Positions 7,764-13,762 of a stretch of DNA of 55,281 nt are shown piece by piece. The position numbers were made by a program, and so were the translations under genes. Numbering within the stretch: the first letter of the stretch is position 1; each line of letters begins with the position of its first letter. Where the stretch lies: contig CAZYBP010000002.1 in NCBI GenBank assembly GCA_964645555.1, forward strand, positions 1 through 55,281. Direction: 5' to 3'. The stretch is from an uncultured Gammaproteobacteria bacterium. Its GTDB lineage: Bacteria > Patescibacteriota > Microgenomatia > Daviesbacterales > UBA10151. The notes under the pieces are model-generated. The model was not told the origin of the DNA and did no database searches. It was given only the letters and a program-made list of their open reading frames with translations.

Positions 7764-8597
7764 TTAAAGAGTTGTTATTGGCCTAGATTGTAAAATCCAG
7801 ATTTTGGAATCACTATCTATGGCAAATTCTATATCTTGTGGAGTTTTATAATGTTTCTCTATCTTTATAGCCATCATCGCTAATTCTTTTAATTGCTCAT
7901 CAGATAAAACAGCACTATTTTGTTTTTCCGCTGGCACAGGCACTTCCTTATTTTGTCCTCCATCAAATATCATCATAGTCTCTTGGGTATCAATCTTTCT
8001 TTCCTTAATTTTCAAACTGTTTTTATCTATTAAAAAATTATCCGGAGTAATCAATCCCTGAACTAGCATCTCCCCAAACCCAAAGCCTGCCTCAATCATA
8101 ATCTCATTGGTATCTTTAGTAATTGGGTTTACAGTAAACATGACGCCAGATGACTCACTCTCTATCATTTTTTGTACTACTACTGCCACAAATAATTGAT
8201 CCTCGGATAAATCCTGTCCTGCTGCATAAGATAGAGCTCTTTCAGATTTAATAGAGTTCCAACAGTCTCTTACTTTTTCTATTAAATTCTCTCTATTAAC
8301 ATTTAAATATGTCTCTAACTGCCCTGCCCAAGAAGCTTGTGAGGAATCCTCCGCAATCGCTGATGATCTAACGGCAACCCTCTTTGCATCTAACAAATCA
8401 AAAGCCTTAAAAATTTCTTCTTTAAAATCTATAGGGAGATCCTGGTTAGAAAATTTTTTATGAGCTTGGGCTGTAATTACAAATCCCGAAGGTACTGGAA
8501 TACCAGCTTTAGTCATTTCCCCTAAAGAAGCACCTTTCCCACCTACCTCAACTACATCATTTTTAGAAACTTCACTAAACTTTTTGATGAAATTCAT
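7764..8597 (-). CDS. Stand-alone PPDK_N / ATP-grasp nucleotide-binding module of a PEP-synthase/dikinase-type enzyme
   Basis: 277 aa. VGGKGASLGEMTKAGIPVPSGFVIT at the N-terminus and QDIEFAIDSDSKIWILQSRPITT at the C-terminus delimit a complete PPDK_N (PF01326-like) domain. Confidence 0.8.
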   Translation of the reverse strand: MNFIKKFSEVSKNDVVEVGGKGASLGEMTKAGIPVPSGFVITAQAHKKFSNQDLPIDFKEEIFKAFDLLDAKRVAVRSSAIAEDSSQASWAGQLETYLNVNRENLIEKVRDCWNSIKSERALSYAAGQDLSEDQLFVAVVVQKMIESESSGVMFTVNPITKDTNEIMIEAGFGFGEMLVQGLITPDNFLIDKNSLKIKERKIDTQETMMIFDGGQNKEVPVPAEKQNSAVLSDEQLKELAMMAIKIEKHYKTPQDIEFAIDSDSKIWILQSRPITTL

Positions 8598-8598
8598 T

Positions 8599-9918
8599 TT
8601 ATGAGAGGATTGCTACCTCTCCTCTATCAGCATTTACTTCTACTAAGTCTCCAGTCTTTAAAACCTCTGTGGCATTTTTTGTACCAACAATACAAGGGAT
8701 TCTAAGTTCCCTCGAAATAATTGCTGCATGAGAAGTAATACCACCTAAATTAGTAACAATAGCTGAACATTTTCTAACAGCACTCATAAAATCAGGCGAG
8801 GTCATAAAGGTAACCAATACTTCACCATTTTCTAATTTATAATTTTCGCTGGCGTTTAGAAGTACCCTTACCTTGCCTGTAACTTTTCCTTTAGAAGCAC
8901 AATTTCCTTTAAGGACTTGAGCGTTGTTTGTCTGAGGAGTTAATATTTTTTCCCATTCTCTAGCCTTCTCTCCAATTAAAATTTCCGGTTTTTTTTCATT
9001 TTCCTCCCAAACAACAAAACATTTTTCTCTTCTTTTATTTATAAATTCTTCAGTAATTTTTCCATCTAAAATATCTTTTATCTCTGAAGGGAAGGTTTCT
9101 CTCATGGCAGACAAAGCAATGTTTCCCCTTTCTCCTACTTCTTTTAGCAAAATCTCTAAATAGTGCAAATATACTAAGATATTTCTTTTTCTCTCATCCT
9201 GATATGTTGCAAAATTCTTCAATAAATCTACCAATCTTTTTGACTTTGGATCTAATTGTGCACTTTGAGAATTATCTTTTAAAGCAGTTTCCACCTTTAT
9301 ACTAGAAAGCCTTTTCTCAACATCTTGTTTAGACAATATTTTGGTCAAAGAATAATTATTATCTATCCAAAAATACCTCTTGATGAACTCATCTATGTCT
9401 TTTGAGTTTACTAGATAATTATCTGCTTCCTGAGTATAGGAAAATTTATCAGGTACAACTAAATGGGCTATTTCATCGTCACTTAGCTTAGAGCCCTCTT
9501 TCAGTTCCACCTCTGCTTGCATAGCGAGCGGTTCTTGAATAGCACCAATTCCATAATAATTAATAAAAACATCATGAAGTTTGTTATACAAATCAACCAA
9601 CTGCTCATTTGTCAAATTAGATATATCTACCTGATCAACCTCTTTTTCAACACCTTGCAAAATCTCTAATCTTTTAGCTATTTCCTCAACCATTGCTTGT
9701 TGTTTATTTTCATCTTTATAAATGTTTAAAAGTTTTGCTCCGAGATTATAAAACTCTGTATTTTTTACACACCATGTCACAATCCCATTTTTGAAAATTA
9801 AAATTGTAGTAGGAAAACCATATCCACTAAATTCCTTTAGTGGCTTCATTGAACCTTCGAGAGTGGGATACAGTAAATGTATTGCTGCCTCTCTTTCCCA
9901 TCTAAACCACTCGTCCAT
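8599..9918 (-). CDS. Unknown ~330-aa helical domain fused to a PEP-utiliser swivel phosphohistidine domain
   Basis: C-terminal GKVTGKVRVL...VTFMTSPDFMSAV...VTNLGGITSHAAIISRELRIPCIVG matches the PEP-utilizers mobile domain (PF00391-like). The predicted phospho-His397 codon is at 8728-8730. Confidence 0.75.
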   Translation of the reverse strand: MDEWFRWEREAAIHLLYPTLEGSMKPLKEFSGYGFPTTILIFKNGIVTWCVKNTEFYNLGAKLLNIYKDENKQQAMVEEIAKRLEILQGVEKEVDQVDISNLTNEQLVDLYNKLHDVFINYYGIGAIQEPLAMQAEVELKEGSKLSDDEIAHLVVPDKFSYTQEADNYLVNSKDIDEFIKRYFWIDNNYSLTKILSKQDVEKRLSSIKVETALKDNSQSAQLDPKSKRLVDLLKNFATYQDERKRNILVYLHYLEILLKEVGERGNIALSAMRETFPSEIKDILDGKITEEFINKRREKCFVVWEENEKKPEILIGEKAREWEKILTPQTNNAQVLKGNCASKGKVTGKVRVLLNASENYKLENGEVLVTFMTSPDFMSAVRKCSAIVTNLGGITSHAAIISRELRIPCIVGTKNATEVLKTGDLVEVNADRGEVAILS

Positions 9919-10491
9919 CTACCTAAAAACCTCCTCTGCTTTCAATCCTAATTCCTGCCTTACTTTTTTGATCCTTTCTACATACTCATTAAATATTTCC
10001 GCACTTTTATGAATTCTATAAAATCCTTCAGCACCTTTATATAAAGAACTATCAAATACATCCACATCTTTAACTAATTCTATATAGGGATCATCAGAAT
10101 AAATTTCTTTTTCACTATGATGAAATACTGCCTGAGTAATGTTTTCTATCTCTGTATCACTAAAGTCTCCTACTTCCCTTAAGATTTTTTCTGCAATAGA
10201 AGCACCCAACGGACCATGGTTATTGTATATTCCATTTTCAATAACATATATGTCATGAAGTATCGAGGCCACGCTACTAATATCAACATTGAGGTTTCTC
10301 TTTTGTGCTAATATCCTACCAATTTGCATACATCCTGTAGCATGCATTAACTCAAAAAAAATTGAATCCTCTCTTTCTACATCGGGAACTTTGGAAGCAA
10401 GTATTAACTCCATGACCTTCCTCTCGACTTTTTCAAACCGAGATAAATCCTCGCCTTTATAATGATGAAAATCCTTTAATCTATTATTCAC
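9919..10491 (-). CDS. HD-domain metal-dependent phosphohydrolase
   Basis: 190 aa with H...HD signature (ELMHATGCMQIGRILA ... SVASILHDIYV) and a later HH (AVFHHSEKE). GTG start at 10491, 10 nt after the tRNA-Val 3' end. Confidence 0.75.
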   Translation of the reverse strand: MNNRLKDFHHYKGEDLSRFEKVERKVMELILASKVPDVEREDSIFFELMHATGCMQIGRILAQKRNLNVDISSVASILHDIYVIENGIYNNHGPLGASIAEKILREVGDFSDTEIENITQAVFHHSEKEIYSDDPYIELVKDVDVFDSSLYKGAEGFYRIHKSAEIFNEYVERIKKVRQELGLKAEEVFR

Positions 10492-10501
10492 CTTGGCATT
10501 G

Positions 10502-10573
10502 TGGACGGAGAGGGATTTGAACCCCCGACATCTGCAATGTGAATGCAGCGCTCTACCACTGAGCTATCCGTCC
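10502..10573 (-). tRNA. tRNA-Val (anticodon CAC), no encoded CCA
   Basis: The reverse complement folds as GGACGGA-TA-GCTC-AGTGGTA-GAGC-G-CTGCA-TTCACAT-TGCAG-ATGTC-GGGGG-TTCAAAT-CCCTC-TCCGTCC-A. This is a 72-nt full cloverleaf with a GTTCAAATC T-loop. Confidence 0.9.
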
Positions 10574-10586
10574 ATATCATTCATCC

Positions 10587-10615
10587 ATTCTAGCACCCTA
10601 CCTATTGCATCTCAA
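10587..10615 (-). promoter_or_regulatory. Candidate promoter for tRNA-Val (and the cassette behind it): TTGAGA-17 nt-(TGc)TAGAAT
   Basis: On the minus strand, TTGAGA lies at 10615-10610 and TAGAAT at 10592-10587, with a 17-nt spacer and an extended -10 TG. The -10 box ends 13 nt before the tRNA 5' end. Confidence 0.45.
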
Positions 10616-10634
10616 CTTGATGCTTTGAGATAAT
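10605..10634 (+). promoter_or_regulatory. Candidate promoter for lepB: TTGCAT-18 nt-(TGa)GATAAT
   Basis: TTGCAT at 10605-10610 and GATAAT at 10629-10634, preceded by TG at 10626-10627. Seven nt lie between the -10 box and the GTG at 10642. The -35 box shares one base with the divergent tRNA promoter -35 box. Confidence 0.4.
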
Positions 10635-10641
10635 ATGGGAC

Positions 10642-11232
10642 GTGGATCCGAACAGTCTTTACCCTGGCGCCCCTGAGCAAAAGGGAGTTTTTAGCAATAT
10701 CGGCACTTATTTAATAGATTTTATAGAGACTCTGGTAGTCTTTGGTGCCATTTTTGCCTTAATTTATCTTTTTGTAGCACAATTTCACAAAGTCTCCGGC
10801 AATTCTATGTTGCCTACCATGCATGATGGAGATTATTTGATTACAGAAAAAGTAAGCTACAAATTGAATCAACCTAAAAGGGGAGATATCGTAGTTTTGC
10901 AAAATCCAAAAGATGAATCTCAAGACTTTATTAAAAGAATCATTGCTGTACCTGGAGATACCATCAAAATTGAAAATAATAGGGTATTTGTCAACGGTGG
11001 TACCAAATCAGAAGATTATCTTCCTCCAAATACCGTAACAAGAAGCGGAAACTTTCTACGAGAGGGTGCTAGCGTTACTATGGACTCTAATCAATATTTT
11101 GTAATAGGGGATAACCGTAATCACTCTTCCGATTCCCGGGAATGGGGACCAATTACAAGAGGTGAAATTGTTGGCAAAGCTTTCTTTAGATACTGGCCTC
11201 CACAAAGCGTGGGCCTTTTGATAAATAAGTAA
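10642..11232 (+). CDS. lepB: Signal peptidase I
   Basis: One TM helix followed by the catalytic Ser box SGNSMLPT. Also present are the Lys box DFIKRIIAVPGDTI and GDNRNHSSDSREWG. The GTG start is uncertain, as there is no in-frame ATG upstream of the catalytic Ser. Confidence 0.85.
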   Translation: MDPNSLYPGAPEQKGVFSNIGTYLIDFIETLVVFGAIFALIYLFVAQFHKVSGNSMLPTMHDGDYLITEKVSYKLNQPKRGDIVVLQNPKDESQDFIKRIIAVPGDTIKIENNRVFVNGGTKSEDYLPPNTVTRSGNFLREGASVTMDSNQYFVIGDNRNHSSDSREWGPITRGEIVGKAFFRYWPPQSVGLLINK

Positions 11233-12084
11233 TTACTGCCCGTTTAAGTTAAAATAGCCTACAATTGCTTGACGTATATCTTCTAATACTGGTAAGGTTT
11301 TTTCTGGATCACCCTCAATAGTTAGCTCTACCTTAGCCCTTTTACCAGTTTGTGAACACTTAACTTGGCTTTTGTCAGCTTTTCTGGCAATGGCTTGGCT
11401 TAAATCATTTTGTAATCTATCAATATCCTCAGAAACAATATGCATAGAAGGCACATCCGCACTTTTTTTGGGTCCGATTCCTTGTTGGGATCTAAATCTT
11501 CTGACTAATTCCTCAGTTCCCCTAACAGACAAATTTCTTTTCAAAACCTCTTTGTAGACTGAAATAATCAGATACGGATCTTCTAATGCAGCCAGTGCTC
11601 TGGCATGACCCTCAGAAGTAGCACCTGCCATCAACGCATCTTTTAAAGCATCAGGTAAAGTTAAAAGTCTTATGGTATTAGAAATATATGAAGGGCTTTT
11701 AGAAACTCTTTCTGCTATTTCAGCATTGGTTAAACCAAACTCCTCCATCAATCTTTTATAAGCCTGGGCTCTTTCTAAGGGATTTAAATCAATTCTTTGA
11801 ACATTTTCCACAATAGCCATCTCTAACATGCCTTGTGGACTGGTTTCCCGGATTATAACAGGAACTCTGCCTAAACCTATTAGCTTTGAGGCTCTCCATC
11901 GTCTTTCACCGGCAATAATCTGATAGCCTGCCGGAGTTTTAGCTACTACTATTGGTTCTAAAATTCCGTGGGCCCTAATTGATTCAGCCAATTCTGACAA
12001 TGACTCGGGGCTTATTAAACCACGAGGCTGCAGGGGGTTGGGTTGAAGTAACTCAATTTCTAATTCGTAGATCTGCTCTTCCAT
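11233..12084 (-). CDS. parB: ParB/Spo0J chromosome partitioning protein
   Basis: LQPNPLQPRG and IIAGERRWRASKL ParB boxes plus an HTH region (LTNAEIAERVSKSPSYISN). Its stop codon abuts the lepB stop with zero intergenic bases. Confidence 0.85.
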   Translation of the reverse strand: MEEQIYELEIELLQPNPLQPRGLISPESLSELAESIRAHGILEPIVVAKTPAGYQIIAGERRWRASKLIGLGRVPVIIRETSPQGMLEMAIVENVQRIDLNPLERAQAYKRLMEEFGLTNAEIAERVSKSPSYISNTIRLLTLPDALKDALMAGATSEGHARALAALEDPYLIISVYKEVLKRNLSVRGTEELVRRFRSQQGIGPKKSADVPSMHIVSEDIDRLQNDLSQAIARKADKSQVKCSQTGKRAKVELTIEGDPEKTLPVLEDIRQAIVGYFNLNGQ

Positions 12085-12094
12085 TTAAAATTTA

Positions 12095-12340
12095 TTAAAC
12101 AATATTTATAACGGTTTTCCCTGATTTCTGTTTAAACTCTACTTTACCTTCTGTGACTGCAAAAATTGTATAATCATTTCCCTGTTTAGTCCCAATCCCT
12201 GGGTAAAATTTGTTCCCTTTTTGTCTGATTATGATATTTCCAGAAATTACTTTTCCTCCGCCATAAACTTTCACGCCTAAACGTTTTGAAACAGAATCTC
12301 TATTTTTTCTGGTACTTCCTCCACCTGTTTTATGTGCCAT
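12095..12340 (-). CDS. rpmA: 50S ribosomal protein L27
   Basis: [28 protein letters not shown] is the canonical L27 N-terminus. Confidence 0.95.
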   Translation of the reverse strand: MAHKTGGGSTRKNRDSVSKRLGVKVYGGGKVISGNIIIRQKGNKFYPGIGTKQGNDYTIFAVTEGKVEFKQKSGKTVINIV

Positions 12341-12376
12341 AGGCCGCTACTATAATATCCTCCGTGAAAAGAGAAA

Positions 12377-12694
12377 TCAAGGATTACTTTTCACACTGTA
12401 TACTACCTTTGTTTTTTTAGCTCTTGCGCCTGTAACTTTTCTATAATTTGCCTTTGCATGAAATTTCGCTACCCTAATTTTTTTTCCTTTAACAACTTCC
12501 AGGCAATCTAAGGATAATTTTTCCTTCAAAAAAGGTGTGCCTATTTTAACCTGCCCGCCTTCGGAAAGCATTAAAACATTAACTTCAACTTTTTTAGCTG
12601 CTTCTCCCAACAGATCCACCTCTATCGGTTGATTTGGAAAAATCTTATATTGTTTACTGTTAACCTCACAAATTGCAAAATCAAACATGGTCAT
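12377..12694 (-). CDS. rplU: 50S ribosomal protein L21
   Basis: 105 aa with SKQYKI...V.V and KVRVAKFHAKANYRK-type L21 sequence, immediately upstream of rpmA as in most bacteria. Confidence 0.9.
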   Translation of the reverse strand: MTMFDFAICEVNSKQYKIFPNQPIEVDLLGEAAKKVEVNVLMLSEGGQVKIGTPFLKEKLSLDCLEVVKGKKIRVAKFHAKANYRKVTGARAKKTKVVYSVKSNP

Positions 12695-12721
12695 GATTTT
12701 ACCACAGAGAATAACATTTTT

Positions 12722-13762
12722 CTACATCTTTGCTTTGGAGATCAATCCTAGACAAATAAAAGTTACAATCAGGGAGCTTCCTCCGTAAGAAATCAAAGGT
12801 AAAGTAATCCCGGTAATAGGTAATATTCCTATATTCATGCCGATATTGACAAAAATTTGGAAAATTAACATAGAAAATACTCCTACCGCTAAAAGATAAT
12901 TAAACCTATCATCAGATTTATTAGCTGATACTAAACAAACAGTAAGTAGATATAAATAAAGTAACAGGATAATCGATGAACCCAAAAAGCCTAATTCCTC
13001 GGCAGTTGAGGCAAAGATAAAATCCGTTCTAAACTCAGGCAAAAATTGCAGCCTGGACTGAGTTCCCCTGCCTAATCCCCTACCTACTAGCTGTCCGGAT
13101 CCAACAGCGATAGTTGATTGGATGACATTATATCCTCTACCTAAAGGGTCGGCTTCCGGTGTCAGGAACCCAACAATCCTCTGTTTTTGGTAATCATGTA
13201 AAAATAACCAGCTTGAAGGAATTAAAACCAGGCTTATGAGCAATACAATAATCAGCTTTCTTAAAGAAATACGGGCAGCAAAAAGCACACCTGCCCAAAT
13301 TGCCAACACAGTTAATGATGAACCCAGATCTGGTTGCTTGAAGATCAGAAACACTACCGGTAAAACCCAGAGTAAACTTTTTAATATATTGCCCCAAGTT
13401 GCCTCATTTCTAATCCAGAAAGATGATAACAGCAAAATTAAAGCCGGCTTAGCAAACTCTGAAGGCTGAATATTAAAAAACCCCAAAGGTATCCATCTGA
13501 CCGAACCTCTGGTTTCCATACCCACTATTAATACCACCACTAGTAGTATCAGTGTCAGAATATATAAAGGTTTTACTAACCTGGTTAATGAATCTAAATC
13601 TAGTTGAGAAAGAAATAGGAAAAATATAAATCCTACTATTGCATAAATAAATTGCTGTAAAGCTAATTCTTTAGATGAGGAATAAATTACTAAAATCCCA
13701 ATAGAAACCAGTAGTAATACAGGTATGGTAATTGACCAGTTAAGATATTTTAATAGCTTCAT
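12722..13762 (-). CDS. rodA: SEDS family peptidoglycan glycosyltransferase (RodA-like)
   Basis: 346 aa, about 10 TM, with QPSEFAKP, PEFRTDFIFA and LPITGITLPLISYGGSS motifs of FtsW/RodA/SpoVE. It is called rodA only because a second SEDS gene sits inside the dcw cluster. Confidence 0.7.
   Translation of the reverse strand: MKLLKYLNWSITIPVLLLVSIGILVIYSSSKELALQQFIYAIVGFIFFLFLSQLDLDSLTRLVKPLYILTLILLVVVLIVGMETRGSVRWIPLGFFNIQPSEFAKPALILLLSSFWIRNEATWGNILKSLLWVLPVVFLIFKQPDLGSSLTVLAIWAGVLFAARISLRKLIIVLLISLVLIPSSWLFLHDYQKQRIVGFLTPEADPLGRGYNVIQSTIAVGSGQLVGRGLGRGTQSRLQFLPEFRTDFIFASTAEELGFLGSSIILLLYLYLLTVCLVSANKSDDRFNYLLAVGVFSMLIFQIFVNIGMNIGILPITGITLPLISYGGSSLIVTFICLGLISKAKM

Noticed and set aside
5960-10573. 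Classical tRNA-integrated genomic island with an att direct repeat and an integrase
   Set aside because: By eye I found no partial copy of the tRNA-Val 3' end (tggacggagagggatttgaacc or its complement) in the distal gaps 5960-6074 and 6801-6852. No integrase, recombinase or transposase gene is present. The block is therefore reported only as accessory-looking, not as a proven mobile island.
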